Shown: positions 36,655-48,709 of the stretch, one piece after another
How the letters are laid out: each line of letters starts with the position of its first letter
Position numbering within the stretch: the first letter of the stretch is position 1
Assembly: GCA_964199315.1 (NCBI GenBank)
Contig: OZ116709.1
Coordinates: 19,034,001-19,098,000 of the forward strand
Direction of reading: 5' to 3'
DNA length: 64,000 bases
DNA from: Orbicella franksi
Lineage: Eukaryota
Notes under the pieces: model-generated
What the model was told of the DNA's origin: nothing
Database searches by the model: none
Seen by the model: the letters and a program-made list of their open reading frames with translations, nothing else
Position numbers and translations under genes: made by a program

Positions 36655-39600
36655 TTAAAACTTAAAAAAGGCACCTGGACCCCAGTCCTCATCAAGGGCC
36701 CAATCCCGCTTCCGACCATAACCCCGGCCCTTATCCTTGCCCTTGCCGCGGCCCTTACCTCGGCCTTCATCCTTGACCTTACCCTTGCCTCGTCCACCTC
36801 CACCTGGTAATACAGAGTCGTCTTTCACGAGGCCAGCCAGTATCTTATTGTAGGCGTTGACTTTGTCGTTCATCTTCGATATACAAGGTGATGAGAATCG
36901 CTCTCCAAAGGCTTCAGAATCGCAGTCAAATATCTCAAAAAACCGCCGGACATCTTCTTTGTCTTTAGGGATCTCCCTCTTTCCTTGCTTTCGGTAGCCC
37001 ATCCACACTTCCGCCGCGTATTCAGGATTTGAGAAGCCTTCTCCATCGAACTCCACCAATCCGACTGTTTTTTCGGTTGGAAGGTGTCCCCTGATAAGTT
37101 TCATGGCATTGAACATTCTCCACATGTACTTGCTACTCTTCAGTAAGCACTCCTCCAAAGCGTCGCAGTGGTGGTACTCTTTGTTAGCCTCGCCCCAATT
37201 TTCAATCATGGATACCCAAAGGTCTATAGTTGACAGCGATATTGATTTCTCCATTTGTGTGACTCCCACAACATGGCGTATAGCACCACGGGTGTGATAA
37301 GCCTCTGCCGCGTAGATCAGGGCCTTGGCGAGATCATCTTGCGGGGACAAATACAAAATGATAGTTTAGCTTACAGATACTACCGAAACAAACTAATCAT
37401 TCGCCACTGAAATCGACGTCCGCCAGTGAACACAGTCACGTTTAAAGGAGCTCAGTCACGGTATTTTGAGTTATTTTGGCCACCCACAAAATTACCTTTA
37501 AATTGATGGAAACCTGAAAATAGTAGTTTACTAAGATAGAAAAACACCAAGGAGATAACAATAAACCACAAAGGAACAAGGATGGTTAAGGATGGAGAAG
37601 ATTGACACGGATTACAAACGACGAAGTTCTGTCTTGAAAAATTTAGTTAAACTTTTAGCGATAAGCAAACTGTGAGGAAGCTCCCGTAACTGTTTAAGAA
37701 CGTCCTGGATTTTGGGCTGAGACATGAAGAGGCTGCAGTCACTTTCCTAGAGCCTGCACGTTTTCGGCAGCGGTTGCCGAAGAAGGTCACGATTGGTCTG
37801 AATGGGTTTTGAGCGTGAAATTAAAATTAAAAAATAAACAAGCTGAGAAACAATTAACTAAATACATAATAAATAGAGTAACAAGTACATTTTCCCAAAA
37901 ACGCCATTTAACTACGTAACAATTTCGTCCTTCACGCAAAAACTCTGTTGTCTCACCATTGTTCAATTGGCTTTTCTCATTGTTTTCCACAGCAAATGGA
38001 GTCCGGGAAATTAAAGTTCTCACCCAACACTTCTTTTATGAAAGTAAACGTTACATTGTAAGCCATCGACGTTCTTATAAACAAAAACTATGGGTATATA
38101 ATTACCGAGAAAGGCTGGTTTATATCCGCCCTCCTTTGACATCCCTTTGACGAACTTCACGTACTCCTTATTATGGGCTGTTCTTAACGCTTCCAGGCCT
38201 CCAAGTTTCATTGGTGCTTTAGTATTCATTTTCTCGAAGGTGCCCAGCCAAACTTGCAGCTCACCCATGGATTTCTTGGCATCTTTCATAGCTATCATGG
38301 CTCCATCCTTCATCTCTTGAAAGAACTTCTCGTTGTACTTGAAAACCTTGTAGTAAGCACTGGCCAGCTCCTGCATTTTATAGTATGTCGTTTTTTCGTT
38401 GTACTCTACACCACTGGAAAAGCCAGTTGGAAGGCCGGCAAACAAAAATGGCATGGCGTATTCAAGTGTGAAAGCGTAGACATTGGTGTCAAATACAACC
38501 TCCGACGGTTTCCCAAATCCGTCGGCTCCTTGAAAATAGTTGTTGAACTTCTCTGTCAAATAACCAGCATCTTTTCCAATCAGCCCCACATCGTAGTCCG
38601 AGGTACAAGAGGCACCCCCATATGGTTTAGGATAACACACGGAATCAGGGATCTTTGTGTCTTTGTCAGCATTTCTCTCACAAGGAACAAGCTTTCCGTC
38701 GCTTTGTGTGTAAAGAATGTGTGTCACCAACAGGTATCTAGCGGCTGTGATGTAGAGAAGTTTAAGGCAGCTGTCCTTTGAGCGGAATGCGGGGTTGTTT
38801 TTTGTAGTGGTCCATTTCTTGTGCTGGTGAAAGAAGCTCTTTACTCGATTTGCCGCGCTGACAAACTCATCAGTCCCGAGATGTTCTTTGAAATCAGGTT
38901 GCTCGGTCCACGCGTCCATTGCGGGGTCTTTTACAAATCCATAGCGGTCCACAATTTTATCCTTTATCCAGGCAATTTCTCCGTCATCTGTGGGGTCACT
39001 CTGGTACGAGGCTAGAAATCTTAAAACAATAAAGATAAAGTTCGAATTTATTGTTTATAAAGCACTCCGGGGATTATCGTCGTTAACCAACATAGTATAT
39101 AGGGCAGGGGGTGGGATCTTGGGGTGATGGGGTGGGAAGCTAACTTCCGATAGCCGTCACGTTGGTTAACAATTTGTAATGCACAGTAGCTACGTGGTCT
39201 ACCAGGAGGAGAACAGGCAGCCAAGACGAAAATTCTCGGAGAACCAGCTTACCCTAACAGCCTAACATTCCAGTATAATAATCATGTCTTGATCATGTTG
39301 GAAAGTTAGATTATAGGGAATGTTCACTCTGTATTCTGACGTGTTAGTAACACAAGCAAACCCATATTTGAGTCTTTTGTTTCACAATGCCTTGTAATGT
39401 GTAAAGATCTGAATAAAATTCATTATTATACATAAAACAGGATTTGAATCTCCAAAGCTTCATATCCGTGCTTGGATTCTAAGAGGGAAACCAATATGGC
39501 GGCTCTTGGGAATATGGCGTTTCGTATCATTTTTTCGATGTACATTAAAATTCATCTTGACTGAGAGGCCTAGAAGAGTCACAAAAGTAATGAATGGAAC

Positions 39601-40770
39601 TGAATGGACACACTTATTCAATTTAGTTTGTTTTGCCATTCAGGCTCGCCACAAAGCTGTATTTTTTATCATATAAATGTCTAACGTAGCCTGTTGGTTT
39701 AAATAGGCCATTTCCAAATTACCTTTAGCCTCTTTCTGAAAGCGAGTCTTTGATGCCCATCCGTTCATATGAAATTGACGATTCATTCACTTGTAAATAA
39801 AATTCATTTTCATATGAATGGTTGTGCACCAGGCCTCGCTTTGATAGAGAAGCTTAAGGCAACTCAGAAGTGGGTAATTATACGATACATTTATGCCGTA
39901 AGCAGTAATCATTATTATCTAGGTGAACAGATCAAATAAATTAATACATACGCCTCATCAAGTAGGTTTCCTTCCAGAGGTTCAACGAAGTAATCTGGGT
40001 TGTCGTCGACCTGGGCCACATCGTTGTAGACTGATATCGGGTACAGCTCGCCTCGAACCTGACATTAAGACCAGACACTGATATGAATGCTTTAATTTAA
40101 AATCATCATTAATTTCAGTAATACTTCATAAGGAGCAAACTTATTCCAACTTTTTATTCATCTTAAAGGAGCTCAGTCACGGTATTTTGAGTTATATTGT
40201 CCATGTGGAAAATTACCTTTAAATTGAAGGAAACCTGAAAAGAACAAGGATGGTCACGGATGGACAAGATTAAGACGAATTGCAAACAACCAATTTGAAC
40301 AATTCAGGCTAAACTTTTTAAGAATTGCAAACCGTTAAGACCGTGACGTCGCTCCTTTAAACTTTAATTCATGACACCCTTGTTCTCAGGCTCTCTCTCA
40401 ACAGTGTCCAAGCTGTATCAAAACCAGAATTGACGACGTTGGTTTTTGCGCGGGTTGGCCATATCCTATTTTTTTGCCCCCTTATATTCACGTGAACGAT
40501 TTACTCATCACAAGCTCGGATGTGTTTTATGACGACATGACATACTTTTCATCACAGATTCGATATGATTCACCACAAATCCGATGCGTTATTTCATCAT
40601 CCGTACATTTTAGTAAATATCTTCCAACGTAGATCTATGCAATTCGTTTTATTTGATAGAGCAATCATGCTCCGCTATCGCAAGATATGAAAAAAAATTA
40701 CAAAGAAAGTTGGAAATCTTACCACTCCTCCATGAACCAACATGAAAGCCAAAAAACTCGCAAATATCAT
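36655..40770 (-). CDS. Copy 2, intact: paralogous secreted nucleotidyltransferase-like protein, 583 aa
   Basis: Join 40770-40723 (MIFASFLAFMLVHGGV), 40058-39952, 39019-38106, 37337-36655; 1752 nt = 584 codons with no internal stop. Same splice sites as copy 1. Indels versus copy 1 in exons 2-3 are multiples of 3. Motif YGGASCTSDYDV at 38622-38587. Confidence 0.85.
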
Positions 40771-42290
40771 TTTTCAAGAACCTGTAAATCAAGATGAAAG
40801 TTGGGATTAGTCAAGAAGAATTTAGACGGCGAAACTGGAAATGATATTTTTAGTGAGAGGTGAGGTCCGTCGGGGTTCAGTTGCAAACAAAGAGAAGAAA
40901 GAGAACATGACAGTGGAACCTGGTTAATGGGAACGCCAAAGGGACACGCTAAGTGTCCGTATTATCCGGGTGTCCGTATTGTATTAAACGGGCTCTCAGA
41001 ACTGATAAGCGTCACAGACACGTGCCCACATAAAGACTGAAGAATTCAACTTTTAAGCAACAGAATGATGTTCAATGCTTTGTCTGCAATTGAACTTCAA
41101 ACGCAAAAAATCTTACGCTTATTCCAATAATTACTCGGCTCGCACTCAAAGGTGATGTTCTCTGGTCAGTTGTAAACGCGGGTAACTTAACTTTAATGAA
41201 AAAGCATTAACCAGTAAGAAGTTTTCATTTTATAATTGGATACAAATAGCGTATGATCGTTACAAATTAACACGAATAGCGACCTACAGTGGACGTAACC
41301 ATAAAAATGCAAGCCAGAGTGTATTTTATATATTTGTCTATTTTTTATTAAATTATTAAGGGAAAACTTGTTTTTTGGGGCAGGAAGTGTAAATTATCGG
41401 AGCAGCCATATTATAATCGTGAGATATTTCAGGATATTTCGATGCTGATCAAATTATCCTTTCTCCTTATATTGTGTTATCAACTGATACTTTAGAAGAA
41501 AACCTTGAGTTCATATTCCATTGAGTACCATCATCTTCGGGATTTTTCAGCTGTATTTACTGTTGCCTTGGTTCATTTTCTTTTGCTCTCAACCAAGATA
41601 ATGAAATAAAATTGAAATCTAGTTTTGAAAAGCGCTCTTCCTGGAAACAGTGATTCTAGATTCAATAACTTACCGGGATTTTGTTGTTTAATTTTACAGC
41701 TTAACCTTACTCATTTTGTCGCCCTTTTTGGACATTTAAATACGGTTGTTAGATTGAAATTCATATTTCGATCACATTTTACACAAAGGTGGGAAGAAAC
41801 GTGCCCATACCACAAATAACATAGTGGTGGCTCCTTGAATATGTTTGAAGTTGAGAGCACGGACAGTCAATGATATGGAAAAAGGCGGGTCCAGAATATA
41901 AGAAAGGCCAGCCCTCGAAGTTGGGATTGTACAATCGTTTTCTTGTAACACTTTATGCTGTTAGAAATTTTTAACAACAAATTTTACTTTTTAACTTAGT
42001 ATTATCCTTGAGTTTTAATCAAAAGAAACAAAGATTGTAACTTTTATGTTACTCACGTTGGTAATACTTTATCTTGGTCAACCACCAAGGAATAGTTGGT
42101 TAAAATCTAACTAGAAAATCCTTTGGTCACGGTGTTTAGCTTCGAAGGCAAACTGAATACGCTAAATAGCTTTGCGCGCAATCGCAATAGTACTTAATGC
42201 GAACTGCGCATGTTATTGCATTAGCCTCAAACTAATGAATTGACAGTTTGACAGTGATTCGTAGATCATGTGGTTGTCTCTCCAGTTTAA

Positions 42291-42982
42291 GGATACCGTA
42301 TACCTTTACAGGTGTCTCACGGCCAAACGATGTTGCGCGTCCGGTTTAAACAGTAGATGCCTAAACCCCCATATCAAATTAAAGCTTACAGAGTTGGCCA
42401 TCAAACTATATCAAGAATTTTGAAAAAAATGCTATAAATGCGACCGTCCAAATCACCTTTTGAAAGCTACAAGTCGAAGTGAATTTTGTTTTTCGCTTAT
42501 TTCATTTGTTCCTCAGGTTCTGGACCCTGCGCATCGGGAGTCCACAACATTTTGACCACTGTGATAACGCATATCGTTGTCGATAAGAGTACAGACAACG
42601 CTAAAACCAAATTCGATTTGTTAAATGGAGTGACCGAAGAGAAATTGCTCTCGGAGAAAACATATTTCGAAATAAAAAAATCGCCGACACGTTTTTGTTT
42701 AGATATCAAACTATAAACTACAGTCCAAATTTGAGGGCAAACAAACAAATTTTCTTTGACTTGTAGGGCCCCAAAAGATGATTCGGAAACTCACATTTAG
42801 AGGTCGTGAAAAGTTTGACAATCATTTTATTTCAAAATTCTTGGTATAGTGTGGTAGCCAGCTCTATAAGCTTTAATTAGATATAGGGGTGACGTAGGTA
42901 CCGATCTACAGCTTAAACCGGACGCACTACATCCCTTGGACGCGAGACACCTCTAAAGGTGCCCTGAAGGTATACGGTAACC
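42291..42982. mobile_element. Non-autonomous DNA transposon with long TIRs and TTAA target (Kolobok-like)
   Basis: ~140-bp imperfect inverted repeats starting GGATACCGTATAC and ending GTATACGGTAACC; TTAA on both sides; 5'-RR terminus. Confidence 0.7.
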
Positions 42983-43149
42983 TTAAAAAGATCGTGTGAA
43001 GTGACTTGTTCTTAAGAATAGTTGGTACCGGTTGTTGCACTCCCTTATAGTAAGAAGTTGATGAACAAAGACTGAACTAAAAAGTGAAGTGACAAATTTG
43101 ACAAGTGCTGGAGTAACAGCTAATTCCCCCAAAAGTTGCCTCAACACAG

Positions 43150-45615
43150 TGTCTGTAAAGCGAGGTTAAGCGAGCTATCTATTTCGTCGCTGCCTTCTTA
43201 CAACTCAAAAAACGTACCTGTGATGGCGAACAGAAAGTCTTAATGAAGTCAACTTCTATCACAACAAATCTGTAATTTGAATTTAACCAGATCTAAGTTT
43301 TAAAGTGATGTACGGTGGTATTTTTGTTTGACACAGACAGCAGTTCAGATAATAGAGACAGCTATAGATCATATGATCTAACAAACGCCCCGTTTAGGTT
43401 TACCTCATAACTGATGTCATGCATTTAAAATGCATATGAGCTAACCAAATACTATTGCATGTGCTTTATAAATATTTTTTTTCCCGTAGAAAACGCTGTA
43501 AACGGCGAATGCTAGTTCGATTTAAGTCCACTAAGCAAACTTTCATATTCTTTTACGTTGAATTTTCTTTATGGAACGGTTAAAGTCAATTCTTCATTAA
43601 GAAACTACTTAGGCAGCAAACACGACAAAGGAGTTAGCTGGTTCTCTAGCGATTGAATTCTCGCCACAAGCTGATTATGCTTTTAACGGTTGATACACAT
43701 ATAAATTTTAATTGTATGACAAATTGGTCCAAAATGTAAAGGAGAACTCTGACTTGTTCCTAGAGCAGTATGAATGTTGCCGCTAAGACAGAAAGGCTTG
43801 CGTTATACCTTGTCCAAAGTTGTTAACTAAGTCACAAAAGTATGCAAAATCACGTAATTTCTGAGAAAAAAAGTGTTACATTTGGAGCGTTGTTTTGCGA
43901 AGAAACTCTTTACTTGTTGGTTGATTTTTTTGTCAAGATTTTGACAAGAAATCACGAGAAAGACTTACAACTCAATTAATTGGCACTGAAATACGATACT
44001 GTCTTTAGAAACTGATCTCCTTTGAAGTCTTTAAACTCTTCTTGCCTCTAGATCGGTCTTCCGCCTGTTTTGAAGATGGGGGTCTTCAGCTTGGGCTTCG
44101 TACAACTCACAATTACACAAAATACTCCTGTGTTAAAGCATTGCCGGCTAAGAACCTCAGACAATGCTGTTTGTGCTTTTAGAAAGGTTTCCAGACCTGT
44201 TTCTGGGCTCATCTACCAGGAGCTCTCCATTTTCTCGCTTTTTCGTGCATAACAGCTCGAAAAAAACTTTTTCTAGTTTGCTTTGTGGCTCTTTAGTGGT
44301 AACTTAAAAACTGGAATCTTTGATTTTCCAAACCGCTGATGTCTCACAGGATTATAGGACTGTTTAGATAGATTATCGATCCTTCCTCATGCCATCTCGT
44401 CGAATTCATAAAATAAATTCCACAGACACGTAACGATGTTCTTCGCACAACAACACTGGTCTAACACTACGATGTCGAAAACCGCCATAACTATTTTTTT
44501 AGTTAGAAATTGCGCAGTTTTCCGTACTTTTGTGATTCAGTCCGCAAATTTAGATACGCTGTAACGCAGGTCTTCAATGCGTGAACTATATGAAAATAAC
44601 TTCCCATGTGTGGAATTTAATAAGGTTTAAGACAATCACAGAATTATGTGCATCGCTTTGCCTGTTTTAATTTTTTGTCGTAAAACGTCGATCCAAGACA
44701 GTTTTTTCCAGCATACTAAGCAATGACAACGGCGACCCCGACGACAACGCCTAATAAAAAGGGAAGAAGAACTTAGTCATTTCACGTTGTTGTTCAGTGC
44801 AGAGGACGGCAGAGAAATGTACAAAGATTTATAACGCACTTGTACAGCCATTGGTCTTCTCGTTAAGCCTTTTCTTTGGTGGCGTTTTCGTTGCCGTTGC
44901 CGTCGTGGTTTGCTCTCTAGTGTCTGTAAAGCGAGGTTAAGCTGCCTTGTTACAACTTAAAAAACTTACCTGTGATGGCAAACAGAAAGTCTTGTTGAAG
45001 TCAATCCCTAAACGCTTCTCTCACAACAAATCTTTAAGTTGAATTTAACCAGATCTATGTTTTAAAATGATGTATGGTGGTATTTAGTTTTTGTTTGACA
45101 CAGACAGCAGTTAAGATAATATAGACAGCTATAGATCATATGATCTAACAAACGCTCCGTTCACGTTTACCTCATAACTATGCATGTCATGCATTTAAAA
45201 TGCAAAAGAGCTAGCCAAATACCATTACATGTGCTTTACCAATATTTTATTTTCGAAGGAAACGCTGTTAAAAGGCGAATGCTAGCTCGATTCAAGTCCA
45301 CTAAGCAAACTTTCATATTCTTTTACGTTGAATTTTCTTAATGGAAAGTCAATTCTTCATTAAGAATCTACTTAGGCAGCAAACACGACAAAGGAGTTAG
45401 CTGGTTCTCTAGCGATGAAATTCTCGCCACAAGCTGATTATGAGTGCTTTTAACGGTGGATGCACATACAAATTTTACTTGTATTGCAAATTGGTCCAAA
45501 ATGTAAAGGAGAACTCTGACTTGTTCCTAGAGCAGTACGAATTTTGCCACTGAGTCGCCCTGCTGACGAATGGCCAATTCCCTCTATGAGATGTGGCCGC
45601 AGGGAATCATGGTAT
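43150..45615. repeat. Local direct duplication of the 5'UTR/upstream block (~43150-43790 and ~44920-45615)
   Basis: Both segments match each other and 13430-14090 of copy 1. Confidence 0.85.
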
Positions 45616-45633
45616 TTGTATAGGTAGGCAGGT

Positions 45634-45838
45634 AACATCTACATACGAGCCAAGTGGCCCATCAGGCCGGAGCTTATCCCGGTTTCTGTAGCATGAACCG
45701 ACTAGAAGTATTTCTACTCCCCCTCTGGATGGGATGCCAGTCCATCGCAGAGTTACCCCCCAGCATTAAATTCGCCGGTGCCCATTTATACACTTGGGTG
45801 AGGAGAGGCACCGTGAGAGTAAAGTATCTTGCCAAGGA
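45634..45838 (-). mobile_element. 5'-truncated copy of the same SINE
   Basis: Reverse-complement match to ~3490-3700. Confidence 0.75.
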
Positions 45839-48709
45839 ATATAGTTACAATTTTTGGCTTTGTGGGGGCTGTATTACCAATTCAGCGCTCAGATTCCATT
45901 AAAAATTTAATCTTTTTTTTTTTACTTCAAGCTGGGAAAGCCTCCATTAATTAGTTGTCCTCAAGGGGTGGTTATCAGTGGTTGGTTGGTTGGTTGGGTT
46001 CAGCGATTTTCAAAAAATGTCTCTGTTTCGATTTAAAAATCGCTGAAAGGGTTGTCTTGTTTGGTAGATTCTAAAGGACCCATTAATGATTATTCTTGGA
46101 GGGTTGTAGAATTTCCAAACAAAGCCGACTTCCTGAGTATTCTCTCCTGCATGCTTTGTCTTAAAAATGTTATCAAAGCATAGTTGTGTTGTGCACAGAC
46201 AACCCGCAGGGGTTAAATTGAAAGCAGAGAGACAACTCCCCACCCCCCCCCCCGAAAAAAACAAAACAAAACAAAAAGAAAAACCGTGGGAAGTACAAGA
46301 AAACAACAGAAAATGTCATGTTGAGGTTTTGAACTGCCTGTGAAAAAGAAGCTCGAGTTTTTATGGGAAGGTCAAAATTATGTTATGTATGGCACTACTG
46401 CGGCCCATGATACACAGATGTTCAGTGTATTAGACCACGAGGTCGGAGTTGTTGATCCAACATGGTATTTGTGTCTTGAACATATATGTACGTGTACAGT
46501 CAACTTGGCAGTGAAACAGAGAATGCATTGGGTTAATTATGGAATTTTATTTAAATCTCACATAAACTTTACACACTAGTTGAAAAACAGTTTACAGAAA
46601 GTTAATGGACAATGTGCTAGTGATATTATATCTTAGGCAGCTAGGGCCTCCTAGGGAGTTGGTTAATGAGAGAAGTACAAGGGAACAAAGGATGTTGGTT
46701 TAGATTAATTTGAGAAAACAAGGGATTTCTCTGCTATTAATAGGAACTTGACCAACTTTTGAACTACTGACGTATTATAACGGAATAAAATTAGGCGAAA
46801 AAGCGAGGTTTTTGATTGACCAGTGGAACATGTACATTTTCCCTTTCCCTCTGTCCAGGAGGCCCTAGGCTCGGTACAAATTTTGCACTACATTGTACAT
46901 CAAGAATTGGAAATAATAATGACTTAAATCTGATTCTACAACTTTTCTGCTGCAGATATAGAGGGAGTGGAGTAAAACTCTCCCGTTCCTTAACGCAATC
47001 CCCGACAATCTTAGTCCCAAGTTAAATTTTCACTCATGAGTGATTTCCATAACTCAAGTTAATAGACTGAATACCATTTTCAAACTTCTATTTACCCATT
47101 ATAACTATAAGTAACTATAATGAATACTACAAACCTATGTTTCATTAGTGTTTATATGCTGCTTATAACCTTGCCAATCAAATCAAAAAAATGCCAAGCA
47201 ATAGCAATACATAAGGAGAGCTTTCCATTTGACCAAACAATTCAGTTCAGAAGGTTTAGAGCTGAATTAAAAGGTTAGCAAATTCCTTGTGAATCATTCA
47301 ACCAAACTTACTGGCAATTCCAGGAGCAAAATGGAATGGAAATTTTAAGGCAGAAAATATTGAAAACTTGGGTACACGGTGCATATTTGTTCCCTTTTGC
47401 TAAATTTTCACCATCATTAACTCGTCAAGTACAGTCAACCAGAAGATTCTGTTTCATTGGCGGCTCGAAATTTCCAGAAATTGAAACCGAATTGTTTACT
47501 CAAATGGAGTGCAACCAAGCTTTAGAGTGTTTTCACTAAACATTTTTCTGTGTTATCATGCAAACGTTTCCTTGGGAGAAAAAGAGATGTGTGATGAGGC
47601 CAAACAAAGAAAAAAAACAGACTAAAGAAAAAAAGCGAATGCCCGGATTCAAGTCGGGCAGCTGGCACATGTTTCGGGGAATTATGCAGAAATAACCACA
47701 TTATGGCTTTTGAATTGTTAATGATTAAGCTACAATCATGGACAAAAGTGTTGAGACATTTTAGCAAAACTAACGCTTTCGAACTAACAATAATACTTTG
47801 TTTTTGAATAAAAACACCGTTTTCATCTCTAGTCAACCCCCTCCCCCCAAACAATGTTGCAAAACGCTGCGTTGATGATTATTCGTTTCCAACATTGGAA
47901 AAGGGGGAAGGGGAGGTTACCTTTCACGAGGGGAGAGGGGAGAATTTACACCTAGGGAAATAGGGATGGTAATTTTCATGTGTCTCAACAACTTTTGTCC
48001 GTGATGGTAGCTGTATTGCAGCACAAGTGCGGAATCACCACCAGCAGTGGCTTCCAAAGATTATAAACTTCTGGCGTTTGTCACTCTAATCAGAAAGAGA
48101 ACAGTCAAAGTGAAAAACAAAAAAAACCAGTCAAACTCCAAATTCATTTTCCGGTTTTTCGCTTCCCGATGTAATTTTTCCGCGTTTAACGAGCACGTGG
48201 TTTGGAGCACTAGTTCCCAGATTTCAGTTGTTCCAAACGAAAAAGCGCGGTTACTTTGAATTGTATTTGCATCAACTTTGAACAAAACGTGCAACTTTTA
48301 CATCTTCTGCCAGCTGCCCGGCTTTTTGGCCTAGAATGGAGGCAACTATAAACAGTGTTTCTTTACCAGTCGAGAGAGGAGTTCCTAAAAGGTAAGAAAA
48401 TACAAGTTCACTGTACTATATGGTCTTAAACTCTTTGTTGCTGTGTTTGCCTGTAAATTATTTGTTTCAATTCGTACGCGGCCAGTTCACAAAAACGTAC
48501 GGAAACAAAACACCCAACGATATTGCACTACACGGAATCTTTAATTAAGCGTAATAAATAGTTATTACAATATTTGTCCCCTTTATTCACTGCTGGGCAT
48601 AAAGGCTAAGAGGAGAACACTGTAAGCTTTTAAACTTTCTCAAGTATTCCCGTATAGATTTAAGTTGTCTCAGCTATCCTCAGCTATGGTTATAGAAAAA
48701 GTTTGACTG

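Noticed and set aside
39075-39175. G-rich tract flanked by a 10-bp inverted repeat in intron 2 (possible G-quadruplex)
   Set aside because: G-run number and arm pairing are not conserved across copies 1-3, so there is no evidence of function.
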